64,000 nucleotides of DNA from a bacterium. GTDB taxonomy: Bacteria > Hinthialibacterota > Hinthialibacteria > Hinthialibacterales > Hinthialibacteraceae. The stretch is from positions 1 through 64,000 of the forward strand of contig CAXXSM010000076.1 in the NCBI GenBank assembly GCA_963663405.2, read 5' to 3'. The position numbers were made by a program, and so were the translations under genes. The notes beneath the pieces are model-generated. The model saw only the letters and a list, made by a program, of their open reading frames with translations, searched no databases and was not told the DNA's origin. Positions 39,755 to 50,618 of the stretch are shown here, piece by piece; positions within the stretch are counted from its first letter, which is position 1; each line of letters begins with the position of its first letter.

Positions 39755-42484
39755 ATGACGCAACGGCTTTGGTGGAGTTTTGGCGATCCCCGCGAAGAAG
39801 GGAATCAACTTGTAACCGATTTTTATTATAAAACCGGTAAACACATGCGATTGACGCTTCCGTGGCCGGCCCGCCGGTTTACCGCCGCGGGGGAACTTCC
39901 CATTCAGGTCAATGGGGGGGATGACAGGGGTGAGTGGATCGAAGATTTTTCCACCGGTTCAGTCGAGACGGGACGCCGATTGTATAGCTTATTAGGTAAA
40001 GAAGCGCAGGAAACTTTAATCCGGAGTTTCGCCAATCTTCCACCGGAAGTAACCAACCGGGTTTTATACTTACAGTTTCCTCCACCATCCCCGGAAAATC
40101 GGGAACTCTGCCTGGCGATGGAGGATCTGCCTTGGGAACTGCTTCATGATGGGAATGATTTTATCTCCTGGCGTTATTCCCTCCAGATTGTCCGTTCGCA
40201 TTCAAGGGATTTCTATCCCATCCAATCCAGTCAAAATCCAATTACATCGTGGGGGATTCTGTTGCTGCGCCCGTTCATCCAAGCGGGGGAAAAACACTGC
40301 CGCAACGTCGGATTAGAGCCTCTCAAACAGGGTGTGGAAGAAGTAAACGCGCTGCGCCGGTTGGAAGAACAAACCCATGGTCTCGTCCGGATCGGGCCAC
40401 GGGGTGAAACCGGGAAAGACGCCGGTATTAGGACTTTCGATGAACTCGAGAGTATTCTGTTCTCTTCTCACGGAGAGCCGTACCACATGATCCATTACGT
40501 GGGACATGGTGTCGTTTACGACGATGATCCTTGTCTCTGTTTCGAGAATGGATCCGGAGCGATTGATTATGTTTCCGTCGAACGGCTGCAGAGACTGTTT
40601 CTCGCTGTGCGGGACGCCCGGCCGAACCGGCTGCCGAAACTCTTCTTTCTTAACGCGTGCAGTTCCTCAAGCCGGGGACGCTATTCCGCCGGATTCGCGT
40701 CGGGGCTGCACGATTTAGGGATGTGTGTGCTGGGATACAATACAGAAATCCGCGACGATGAAATGCCCATACTCGCTGCGCAGAGTTTCTATCAATCCTT
40801 ATGCGTAGACCAATCATTACAAAATCCCAACCAAAATCCCAATGTTTTAACCTCGATCGGAAGCGCCCGGCGGCGGCTGCGCAGCCACGTCAATGAAGCG
40901 GCGCCGCTTTGGGGAAGTTTGCGGGTTTATCTGCCGTCGGAAATCTCGTTCCGGGTGCATGGGCGGGGAGTCGTCGAACGAACTCTCCAGAAGATGTACA
41001 CGCATTACGCGCAGTGGATGAATCCGGATGATTACACCGATCATTTATCGATTGGAATTCTCTTCGCGATCTTTTTCGGGGGATTGATGGGATTGGCGAA
41101 TCTATTGTTTATCTCGCCGGAACTGGTCCTCTCGCGGCATTTAACGTATCAAGAGATCGTCAGCGAACTGACTCGGATTTTTCTCGTCGGCCCAATCTCA
41201 TTTCTAGCGGCGTCGATTTTTACCGCTTTCCAAACGCAGATGAACCATCGTTTCCTTTTGCCGATCGCCGGCCGGGCTCCGCTGGGGAAGCGTCTGCGTC
41301 ATATATTCTGGTCGATACCCTCAATCGCCGCCGCCGGCGCCGCGTTTGGGCTTTTGTTTTCCTATTCTTTCGCCCGGCTTGATCTACTAACGACTCAAAC
41401 AAAGAGTCTTGTTTTCCTAACGGGGATTCCAGTCAGTGTGTTCTGGTATTCACTCGTAGGAATTCTGGGCGTGGCGCTCTCCCTCTCTCTCTTTCTCGCC
41501 AGCTGGATCGGATCTTATCACCGCGAAACGCTTCACTCCTACCGAACGTTTTATGTGCTCCTGATCTTTTTAGGAGTAATGCTGCTTGGAGATCTCTTTT
41601 TTATCGGCCGTTCAAATGGCGCTTATGGAAGATACCGGTTCGCCGGATGGATTCTCTACGCGGCCCTCGATATTTTCGCGTATTCCCTGGCTTGCGCCAA
41701 ATTCTTGAAGGAAACCTCCTGGCGCGCCTCGCAAAAAAGCGCGGGGGTCACTTCGCTCTCCTGGCGGAAACTGCTTCCATTACTGGGCGGTGTGTTCCTG
41801 GTTGGAGTGTGTTATTACCTGCTGGAAGTATCGGTTCGATTCGAAAATTACACGATCCGGACCGCGCTGGTAGAACGCAAGGAAGCGATCGAACGCGGTG
41901 AAGATAATCCCCTCGCTGAGCGCATTCTCGAACGGGCGTTGCGTCAGCGCGCTATCAGCGAACTGCCGGACCGCGAAGCGGCGCAGGAAGATTGGCTTCT
42001 CTCCATCGTCGCCGCTGACTATAAACTCTATGCCGCGAAACACGAAGTCGATCCCGATAAGCGATTGCGCGCTTTAGAGCAATGCCTGGACTTTTTAACC
42101 ATCAGTAAAAACCTCAATCCCGAAGTGGAGTACAAAGATTATTATTATAACATTTTGGCGATGTTCGATGTGCTTTCAGCTGATCTGTCGGATATACCTT
42201 CTACGAAAAAGAAAAAATATGAAGAAGCCGTCGAAATGGCCCGTAAAGCGGTGGACAAGGACGATAAAAACTTCGCGTATCTGGACACGCTGGCCCGCGC
42301 GTTATCAAAATTGGCCGTCTTCCAAAATGACACAGCGATGTTAGACGCGGCTGAAACCTATACTCGCGAGGCGGAGTGGTGCGCATTTTTCCTCCGAAGC
42401 CCCAGCGCTGGAGAGGTCAAAAAATCAATCGCCGAAGTGGCGGATTATATAAACAAACAGAAAAAATCATTAAAAGACGAATAA
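39755..42484 (+). CDS. CHAT (caspase-like) protease fused to about 7 TM helices and a TPR-like C-terminus
   Basis: DLPWELL, IHYVGHG (His) and LFFLNACSS (Cys) CHAT motifs; hydrophobic block; C-terminal EAVEMARKAV...AYLDTLARA. GAGGAG RBS before ATG 39755. Confidence 0.8.
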   Translation: MTQRLWWSFGDPREEGNQLVTDFYYKTGKHMRLTLPWPARRFTAAGELPIQVNGGDDRGEWIEDFSTGSVETGRRLYSLLGKEAQETLIRSFANLPPEVTNRVLYLQFPPPSPENRELCLAMEDLPWELLHDGNDFISWRYSLQIVRSHSRDFYPIQSSQNPITSWGILLLRPFIQAGEKHCRNVGLEPLKQGVEEVNALRRLEEQTHGLVRIGPRGETGKDAGIRTFDELESILFSSHGEPYHMIHYVGHGVVYDDDPCLCFENGSGAIDYVSVERLQRLFLAVRDARPNRLPKLFFLNACSSSSRGRYSAGFASGLHDLGMCVLGYNTEIRDDEMPILAAQSFYQSLCVDQSLQNPNQNPNVLTSIGSARRRLRSHVNEAAPLWGSLRVYLPSEISFRVHGRGVVERTLQKMYTHYAQWMNPDDYTDHLSIGILFAIFFGGLMGLANLLFISPELVLSRHLTYQEIVSELTRIFLVGPISFLAASIFTAFQTQMNHRFLLPIAGRAPLGKRLRHIFWSIPSIAAAGAAFGLLFSYSFARLDLLTTQTKSLVFLTGIPVSVFWYSLVGILGVALSLSLFLASWIGSYHRETLHSYRTFYVLLIFLGVMLLGDLFFIGRSNGAYGRYRFAGWILYAALDIFAYSLACAKFLKETSWRASQKSAGVTSLSWRKLLPLLGGVFLVGVCYYLLEVSVRFENYTIRTALVERKEAIERGEDNPLAERILERALRQRAISELPDREAAQEDWLLSIVAADYKLYAAKHEVDPDKRLRALEQCLDFLTISKNLNPEVEYKDYYYNILAMFDVLSADLSDIPSTKKKKYEEAVEMARKAVDKDDKNFAYLDTLARALSKLAVFQNDTAMLDAAETYTREAEWCAFFLRSPSAGEVKKSIAEVADYINKQKKSLKDE

Positions 42485-42530
42485 ACATGAGAGTCATACA
42501 GCCGTTTATAATCGATCGAATTCATGGAGC

Positions 42531-45500
42531 GTGATTATGAAAAGAGTTCTATTTTATACGATTCTGTTGACGTTCGTTTGGGCAAGCGCCTCCGTCTATG
42601 GAGAGGTGAAGGCGTATGAAGAAGAGATCGTTATACCCACGTGGGAAATCGGGCCGCCACAGGTTCATTCCAACTTCCCCGATTCGGGCAGGAACATCTA
42701 TCCATATACATTAAATGATGTTCTAACAGATAAAAAAGTCGATAAAACATATAAAGGTGTCTATCTCGAAAATGATTACATAAAGGTCTTGATTCTGCCG
42801 GAAATCGGTGGACGTTTGCATGGCGCGCTGGACAAGACCAACGATTATGTCTGGTTCTACTGGCAGCGCACAATCAAACCCGGCCTTATCGGTATGACTG
42901 GAGCCTGGATTTCCGGTGGTATTGAATGGAATTTCCCTCATGGCCACCGGCCATCCTGTTTCATGCCCGTCGATTATAGGATCGTCAACAATGAAGACGG
43001 CAGCGCCACCGTTTGGGTGGGGGAGACCGAACCGATTTACCGCATGCGCTGGATTATCGGGATGACGGCGTTCCCTGATCGCAGTTATATTCGCTGTGAT
43101 TATATCTTCGTCAATCCAACCCAATCGAAACATCCATTTCAATTCTGGGCGACATCAGCCACCCACGCCAATGAGTTCGCGCAAGCCCAGTTCCCCGGCG
43201 ATATGGTTACCGGTCATGGAAAACACCAGTTTTGGAATTGGCCGATTCATGATGGCGTCGATCTGACATGGTGGAAGAATTCACCCAACGCGAGCAGTTA
43301 TTTTGCATTCAACAATCCCTCCGACTGGTTCGGCGTCTACGACCATCAGGCGGAGGGGGGCATGATTCATGTGGCCAATCACCATATCATGCCCGGCAAG
43401 AAACTATGGACCTGGGGATCGGGACCGTCCGGCCGGATCTGGGAGGACATCTTAACTGAAGGTGGGGGACCGTATTTTGAACCCCAAGCGGGCGCATGGA
43501 GCGACAATCAACCGGATTACCACTGGATGTGGCCCAATGAAGTGAAAACAGCCCATGACTATTGGTATCCTGTGCGGGATACGCGCGGTTTTCATCATGC
43601 GGATAAAGATTTCGCCGTCAATACCGATGTGGCGGATGGTATGGCGTTTGGGGCCGTCTATTCAACCGGATGCGTTAAAAATTACAAAGTTGTTCTGAAA
43701 AATGTGAAAACCAATTCCATTCTCTCCTCAACATTCGCGGATATTTCCCCAGACCGGCCCTATTCTGTTCAAGTGGAAACCCCTCAAAACACAACGGTCT
43801 GCGATTTGGAACTGACCGTCTATGACAAGACCGGAAATACGCGCATCCAGCTGCGGCAGCAGGAACCAAAACAGGTGGATCTCCCCGCCGGCCAACGCGA
43901 TCCCGGCGATCCGGACAAGATGAATCAGGATGAACTGTTCCATGCGGGCGAATGGCTTGATAAATTCACCCGCACTTCGCAAGGACTCAACTATTACAAA
44001 AAAGCCTTGGAAAAAGACCCTAAAGACACCCGCATAAATACAGAAATGGGATTTTACGCGTTGAAACAGGGAAAATGGAAAGAAGCGTTGGATCATCTCG
44101 ACCGCGCGTTGGAGCGGGACAACGATTGTTCCCGCCTCTATTTTGGAAAAGGGATCGCCTATAGGGGCTTGCGGGATTTCGAAGCGGCGTACGACCAATT
44201 CTACCGGTCTACATATTCATATGATTTCTATTCGAGCGGATACTACAACCTGGCTCAAATCGATTTGCGCTTAGGACGTTTTCAAGAAGCCATCGAAAAA
44301 TTGAATGAATCCGCCAGCCAAAATGGCAAATATGCGGATATCCCCGCTCTCCGCGCTGCCGCATACCGTCATTTAGGAGAAGAGAAACAAGCGCTCACCA
44401 ATGCGGAACGAGCCATCGAATTAGACCCGCTGCATTTCATGGGCGGATATGAAAAGATCCTCGCTCTACACGATCGAACCACCGCCGCCGAATGGGAACA
44501 GACGTGGACTTCGATTATGCGGGATTCCGCCCAGAACTATATGGAATTGGCGCTCGTTTATGCCAACGCCGGTCTCTTCGAAGACGCGGACCTTGTTCTC
44601 AATCTCTTCTCGAAAGGGAAAAAAGACACCGAAATTCATCCAATGGTCAATTATTTCCGTGGCTATTTCAAAGAACTGGCCGGAGACGTTCCGGGCGCGT
44701 CCGTCTTTTATCAACGCGCCGCAAAAGGCCCAGTCGATTACACCAATCCCCACCGCCTGGAAGGCAAAGCCGCCCTTGAAGCGGCGATCCGGAGCCAACC
44801 CGATGACGCCAATGCGCGTCTCTATCTCGGCAATCTCCTCTACGCGCGCGGACAGCGCGAAGAAGGCTTCGCGTATTGGAAAGAAGCGGTTGAGAAAAAT
44901 CCAAACTTAGTCCACGCATGGCGGAACGTGGCGTATGGAGAACATCATTTTAAAAGGAATTTGGATAATTCATACGACGCCTATCAAAAAGCCGCGCAAC
45001 TCGATCCAACCGACGCCCGCGTGCTTCTGGAACTCGATCAGGTATCCGAACAGCTGGGACGCCCCGCCGGGGAACGGCTCGCGATACTCGAAGCGCGGCA
45101 AGATGTGGTGCGCATGCGGGATGATCTCCTCTCCCGGCTGGTCGATCTGCGTCTGATCGCGGGAGACGCCGCCTCGTTGAAAGAAGCGTACAAAACACTC
45201 AGCCAACACCATTTCCATAGCTGGGAAGGCCAATACGGTATCCACCACGGCTGGGTGGAGGTCAACCAGAAATTGGGAGATATAGCGTTCGATAAACAAG
45301 ATTATCTAGCCGCGCTGGAATATTACAACGAAGCCTGCCGGTATCCGAAAAACTTAGAGGTGGCGGCCCGCACACCCGATTTCCGCGCGCACGTTTATTG
45401 GAATCTAGCCAAAGTCTATATCGCGATGAAAAAGAAGGATCTAGCCAACGATTACATGCGGAAGATCCTCGCCGAAAAATACACACGCCCCCATCTCGGC

Positions 45501-45785
45501 ACATTCTTCCAAGCCCTGTCACAAAAAGCGCTGAATAATCCAACCGAGTATGAATCCCTGCTGGATAGTTTAGAAAAACGCGCGCGGGATCTGACATCAG
45601 GTGATTTCAGAAGCCGGGGAAGACCCGCGACAATCGGATACTATCTCCTATCCCTGGTCCTCCAAGAAAAAGGCGACACAGAAGGCGCCATAGAAGCCCG
45701 CAAAACAGCCTACGAACGCGACCCACGAATCATGCGCGCCGCCATCCGCGAAGCCCAACTTGACATCGCGCGAGCGCATCAGTGA
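42531..45785 (+). CDS. DUF5107 domain protein with TPR repeats
   Basis: IYPY...LENDYIKVLILPEIGGR, IKPGLIGMTGAWISGGIEWN, GKKLWTWG; signal peptide; C-terminal TPRs. Confidence 0.88.
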   Translation: MIMKRVLFYTILLTFVWASASVYGEVKAYEEEIVIPTWEIGPPQVHSNFPDSGRNIYPYTLNDVLTDKKVDKTYKGVYLENDYIKVLILPEIGGRLHGALDKTNDYVWFYWQRTIKPGLIGMTGAWISGGIEWNFPHGHRPSCFMPVDYRIVNNEDGSATVWVGETEPIYRMRWIIGMTAFPDRSYIRCDYIFVNPTQSKHPFQFWATSATHANEFAQAQFPGDMVTGHGKHQFWNWPIHDGVDLTWWKNSPNASSYFAFNNPSDWFGVYDHQAEGGMIHVANHHIMPGKKLWTWGSGPSGRIWEDILTEGGGPYFEPQAGAWSDNQPDYHWMWPNEVKTAHDYWYPVRDTRGFHHADKDFAVNTDVADGMAFGAVYSTGCVKNYKVVLKNVKTNSILSSTFADISPDRPYSVQVETPQNTTVCDLELTVYDKTGNTRIQLRQQEPKQVDLPAGQRDPGDPDKMNQDELFHAGEWLDKFTRTSQGLNYYKKALEKDPKDTRINTEMGFYALKQGKWKEALDHLDRALERDNDCSRLYFGKGIAYRGLRDFEAAYDQFYRSTYSYDFYSSGYYNLAQIDLRLGRFQEAIEKLNESASQNGKYADIPALRAAAYRHLGEEKQALTNAERAIELDPLHFMGGYEKILALHDRTTAAEWEQTWTSIMRDSAQNYMELALVYANAGLFEDADLVLNLFSKGKKDTEIHPMVNYFRGYFKELAGDVPGASVFYQRAAKGPVDYTNPHRLEGKAALEAAIRSQPDDANARLYLGNLLYARGQREEGFAYWKEAVEKNPNLVHAWRNVAYGEHHFKRNLDNSYDAYQKAAQLDPTDARVLLELDQVSEQLGRPAGERLAILEARQDVVRMRDDLLSRLVDLRLIAGDAASLKEAYKTLSQHHFHSWEGQYGIHHGWVEVNQKLGDIAFDKQDYLAALEYYNEACRYPKNLEVAARTPDFRAHVYWNLAKVYIAMKKKDLANDYMRKILAEKYTRPHLGTFFQALSQKALNNPTEYESLLDSLEKRARDLTSGDFRSRGRPATIGYYLLSLVLQEKGDTEGAIEARKTAYERDPRIMRAAIREAQLDIARAHQ

Positions 45786-45818
45786 TGTAATAAGCGCGAA
45801 CGTCCGAGGCGAATGGAC

Positions 45819-45837
45819 CACGGGCGTCCTGCCCGTG
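45819..45837. repeat. Short REP-like palindrome
   Basis: CACGGGC-GTCCT-GCCCGTG, a perfect 7-bp stem after the DUF5107 stop. Confidence 0.55.
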
Positions 45838-45883
45838 ATTCAATATTCCATCTATCCAACAATCTAGATATCATTTTGTCTGA

Positions 45884-46221
45884 ATTTTGTCTGAATCTGG
45901 ATGGCCAGGATTAACTGGATGAGCAGGATTTTTAAAATTCATTCATTGATAGTATCATGTCACCCATATGAAGTGATGAGGCAACAAAAATCAATATAGA
46001 GGAATCATTGAGCGAATTCTCCCCCCAAGCCTGAGGGGAGTTAGGGGGGGGCGCATCGATGAAACAACCCCCTCCTAACCTCTCCCAGGCTTGGGGGAGG
46101 AATCTTTTACTTTAGATGGCTGACCAATTACCATTGATATAACCATCCATTGAACGCCACAACTCTGAAGATCCATATCCTGAATATCCTTTCATCCTGT
46201 ATATCCAGATTCAGACAAAAT
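45884..46221. mobile_element. MITE-like element with perfect 19-bp terminal inverted repeats
   Basis: ATTTTGTCTGAATCTGGAT (45884-45902) / ATCCAGATTCAGACAAAAT (46203-46221), with subterminal (C)AGGAT / ATCCT(G) iterations. Confidence 0.7.
45952..46131. mobile_element. Nested 180-bp MITE with 8-bp target duplication, carrying a long GC-rich palindrome
   Basis: CATTGATA direct repeats at 45944-45951 and 46132-46139; imperfect ends GTATCATGTCACCCAT / ATGGCTGACCAATTAC (11/16 match); inner inverted repeat 46016-46050 / 46068-46103. Confidence 0.65.
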
Positions 46222-46353
46222 AGCCACACAATCTCGCAACAGAGGTCATTAAGCTATTGATTTCTCCCCCATTCTACAATAGATGTTGACACATCAATAA
46301 ATCTATCCAGAATGTTTAAGGTTCGCATTCACGGTTTAAGGAGACTCCATTTC

Positions 46354-48676
46354 ATGAACGACAATCTCAAATTATTATTCAAATTATCCATTTGTCTTTG
46401 CGCCGTATTTCTTCTCACCGCCGCCCCCCTTTTCGCGCAGGAGACGGATGATAAGGAAGAATGTAAAATCATCACGCTGGACTATCTCTATAAAAAGGAC
46501 GAACTTGGAATCAAGCCCGTCGATCCCGATTATCCCCAAAATTTGCAATGGTCCACAGAAGGGCATACGCTCGCGTATTTGGTCTCCCGCGCCACGGAAG
46601 CGCCACACATGGTTTTCTACAATCCCGTCAATGACGCGACAGCGTTTTTAATCACCCCCTGCGCCCTGCATGACGCGCTGATCCAACTGGCTTCAAAACC
46701 GGAAGGCGTGGCGATCGCGCCTTACTCGTTGGTTCAATACATTCCGGACGACGCGACAGAGGTAGAAACCATTGACCGGTATGATTGGCTCAAAGACGAG
46801 GACGCGGTCCGGCTGCATGTCAAAGGAAAAAAGTATACATGGGATCTAGAAGAAAACCTTCTCGTTGAAGAAGAGGAAGAGAAAACCTTTTTACCCGCAG
46901 GTGAGAAAAACGATATCGAGTATTCTCCAAACGAACGCTTCGCCGCGTACACGCGCGCGAACGATATCTATGTCTACGACACCGAACAGAAGAAAGAGAT
47001 CCGTCTCACCCACGATGGAAGCGAATCAACCCTCAACGGACGCATGACCTGGGTTTATTGGGAAGAACTGCACTACCGCCGTGGATACCGGGCGTTCTAT
47101 TGGTCCCCCAACAGCGACACGCTCGCCTACCTGCAATTCGATGAAACCGGCGTTTCTACTTATCCTGTCGTCGACTATTCTACACCGGTTCCCAAAGTGC
47201 GGAACATGTTCTATCCCAAAGCGGGCACGCGGAATCCCGCTGTGCGCGTCGGCGTCGTTTCGCTATCCACGCGGGACACGCAATGGATCGACCTGCGGGA
47301 ACCATACGAGTATATCGCCCGTGTCGCTTGGACCCCCGATGGAAAGAAACTCGCGATTCAAGCGTTAAACCGCGCCCAAGACCGTCTCACTCTCTTATTC
47401 GCCGATCCCGGTGATGGGACCAGCGAAATCATTCTTGAAGAAACCGATGACGCCTGGGTCAACGCGCACGGCGGCCCCTACTTCCTCGAAGATGATAACG
47501 CCTTCCTCTGGCTGTCCGAACGCAGCGGGTATCGCCCACCTCTACCGCTATTCCAACGACGGCAAGCGGGTCAAGCAACTCACCGAAGGCGATTGGGAAG
47601 TCAATCCAAGCCTTTGGAGCATTCAAATCACTATCGACAAAGATAAGAACCGGGTGTTTTTCAATTCTTCCAAAGCCTCCCCCTTGGAGAGACACATCTA
47701 TTCCCTTTCCACAAATGGTGGACGCCTGCGCCAATTGACCACGGAACCAGGAACACACAGCGCAACCTTCTCCGCCGATAAGAGATACGCGGTCATTCAT
47801 TTCAATAACCTCCATGTTCCAAAGCGCGTACAAGTGATTGACACGCGCGGAAAAGTGATTCGGACATTGGGAGAAACCACTTTCGAAGATTACGCCCCCT
47901 ATCGGTTGCAGCGCTCTGTGTTGACCGAACTGCAAGGCCCGAACGGTCTGACCTACTATGGCCGCATAACCAAACCCTTCGATTTCGATCCAGAAAAACA
48001 ATATCCAGTAATCGTTTATGTGTACGGCGGCCCTGCGACACAGGTCGTTTCAAACACGTTTACATCCATGCGCGATCTGGCGTTCGTCAACCGGGGCTTT
48101 ATCCTTTTCGGATTCGACACCCGCGGCACAACCGGACGCGGGCGGGAATGGATCAACGCCATCCACCACAATGGCTGCGAGATCCCGTTAAAAGACCTTG
48201 CGTTCGCGGTTGAATACTTAAAGACACTGCCCTATGTGGATCAGGAAAATATCGGAATCTGGGGATGGAGCAATGGAGGCTACATGACCTGCTGCGCGAT
48301 GATCAAATCCCCCGGCGTATTCCGCGCGGGCGCGGCGGTCGCCCCCCTTACGGACTACGCGCTCTACGACACAATCTACACCGAACGATACATGGGACTC
48401 CCCGATGACAACGAAGAGGGCTACAAAGAAAGCGCCCCCGGCAATTTCGCGGAAGACTTGGAAGGAAGCCTGCTAATCGCTCACGGCGTGAGCGACGACA
48501 ACGTCCACATCCAAAACGTCTATTCCCTCGTGGATAAACTGCTCGAAGCCGAGAAAGATTACGAACTCTACCTCTACCCCCAACGCGACCACGGCATCGG
48601 GGGCGATAAACGAAGATATCACCTTTTCCAACGGATTCTCGATTTCTTTGAACGGAAATTGAAAGAAGATCGATAG
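46354..48676 (+). CDS. S9B dipeptidyl peptidase IV-like protein, +1 frameshift near 47536
   Basis: DPPIV_N motifs (WVYWEE, WSPNS, YPKAG) in ORF 1 and GWSNGG, DDNVH, HGI in ORF 2. Deleting one C from CGCCCAC restores SERSGYRHLY. Confidence 0.9.
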
Positions 48677-48818
48677 ATCATCAGCGAAAGATCGTAGTGA
48701 TGGGTGGCCAGGGCAAGGTTTTTCATCTAAAAGCCGCCACCGCGCGGCGTTGTCGTTACTGGCGCTACATCCCAGTAAATTATACAAGGGGAGAAAAGCA
48801 TCCCCCTTAGCTCCATTA

Positions 48819-49290
48819 CTAGTGAGATCCAATTACGATTTGCCCGGGTTCAAAATAATATAACACTTGAATCGCTTTAAAAAAAGAAAATTCATCATCG
48901 ATCTCTGCATTTTCCTCTGACCAGATGTGAACCGTGAATTTAATCAATTTCTTTTTATTAGGGATACGAATCCTTCTCTTCTCATCATTTGAATCAACAA
49001 ATGTGAGAGTGGGGGAATATTCATAAAAGAGATCAAGGAAAGAAAAAGGATTTTCGCCGATAAAAAAAGTTGACTGCCCATTTGTTAATTCTCGTATTTT
49101 ATATCTGACACCATCCTCTCCGTACCTGATAGTAAAATCTTTTAAGGAAATATTAGTATTATTAACTACTTCTATAATAATATAACAACGAGACTGTATC
49201 ACTAAATATATGAAAGGAACAACAATAACCGCACAAAGAATCCAAAGAAGCCTTCGCCATTTAGTCCCTTTGATAATTGGTATCATCATA
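48819..49290 (-). CDS. AT-rich hypothetical membrane-anchored protein
   Basis: GGGG upstream of an ATG near 49290, one TM helix, then IEVVNNT beta-rich segment; start uncertain. Confidence 0.55.
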
Positions 49291-49448
49291 TTTCCCCCGT
49301 TAAAAACGAATTTCGCTAAAAGTGTATTCATACTCAAAAATGATTCAAAAACACGACAAACAGCCTTGCTATAAAAGTAACACAAACAAGAATATTCGCC
49401 AATTTTCGTTTTTTTGGCAATTATTTAGGAAAAATCAGACAAGATAAA

Positions 49449-50348
49449 TTACTTTACAGAACCCTCAACATGCTTCCAAGCATGATAGGAACTGCGGACA
49501 AGGGGGGCGGATTCGACGTGGCGGAAACCGAGTTCCTTTCCACAGCGGGAATACGTCTCAAACTCATCGGGGTGGACGTAGCGGATTACGGGATGATAGT
49601 GAGGAGAGGGGCGCAAGTATTGTCCGATGGTGACGATGGAACATCCAGCCTCCCGCAGATCCTTCATCACATCAAACACTTCAGATTGTTCTTCCCCCAG
49701 CCCCACCATGATTCCAGATTTCACCGCTAAGTCCGGATAGGCGCGGGCCGCTCGTTGGAGGAGTTCAAGGCTGCGGTGGTAATCCGCCTGTGGACGGACA
49801 GTTTTATAGAGGCGGGGAACCGTTTCCACATTATGGCTCAGAACGGAAATCTCCGCTTTCAAGACTGTTTCGAGCGCTTTTTGATCTCCCTGAAAATCAG
49901 GGATGAGAATCTCCACCGCGCAATCTGGAGAACGCTCCTTCACCGCTTGGACTGTCATGTAAAACTGCATGGCGCCTCCATCCGGCAGATCGTCGCGGGT
50001 GACGGATGTGAGAACCACGCTTTTTAATTCCATCTCACGAACCGCTTGCGCGATCCGTTCCGGCTCGGTTGGATCGAGAGGTTTTGGCGCCACGGACCGG
50101 ACCGCGCAGAAGCGGCAGGAACGTGTGCAGGTATCCCCCAACAAAAGAAACGTCGCGGTTCCATGATTCCAACATTCGCTGATATTCGGGCAACGCGCTT
50201 CTTCACAGATCGTATGAAGGCCATGATTGTGGACGATCGCGCTTGTGGAACTTCGCTGCGCTCGCACGGGCGCTTTCACCCGGAGCCAAGGCGGTTTCGA
50301 TCCTTGCCGGGAAGGTTGTAAACGTTTCTGAGTAGATGATTCAGACAT
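49449..50348 (-). CDS. lipA: Lipoyl synthase
   Basis: KPPWL, CEEARCPNISEC, CTRSCRFC radical SAM motif, HNVETV, GQYL and VRSSY. Confidence 0.97.
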   Translation of the reverse strand: MSESSTQKRLQPSRQGSKPPWLRVKAPVRAQRSSTSAIVHNHGLHTICEEARCPNISECWNHGTATFLLLGDTCTRSCRFCAVRSVAPKPLDPTEPERIAQAVREMELKSVVLTSVTRDDLPDGGAMQFYMTVQAVKERSPDCAVEILIPDFQGDQKALETVLKAEISVLSHNVETVPRLYKTVRPQADYHRSLELLQRAARAYPDLAVKSGIMVGLGEEQSEVFDVMKDLREAGCSIVTIGQYLRPSPHYHPVIRYVHPDEFETYSRCGKELGFRHVESAPLVRSSYHAWKHVEGSVK

Positions 50349-50618
50349 AATTGTAATTATTATATTCTATTCCAGATAAAATCAGGGGATTACTAAGGAT
50401 ACTTTTTTGGCACAGCCCAAGCCGGATTCAATTCCCCATCGCGCCAATATGGCCTGCCTTCTTTTCATTCCATTAACTTCTCTCTATAAACCAATCATTC
50501 TAACACACTGATATAATTAAATTTATTGTTCCTGTTCCGTTTCTGGAATACTACTTGCTGTGAGGTAGAATCCGAAAAGTTGCGCGTATAATATTGAACG
50601 CAGGATCACAGGATAACG

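Noticed and set aside
50405-50425. TTGGCAC as a sigma54 promoter or CIRCE half-site
   Set aside because: No correctly spaced TTGC -12 element and no second CIRCE arm.
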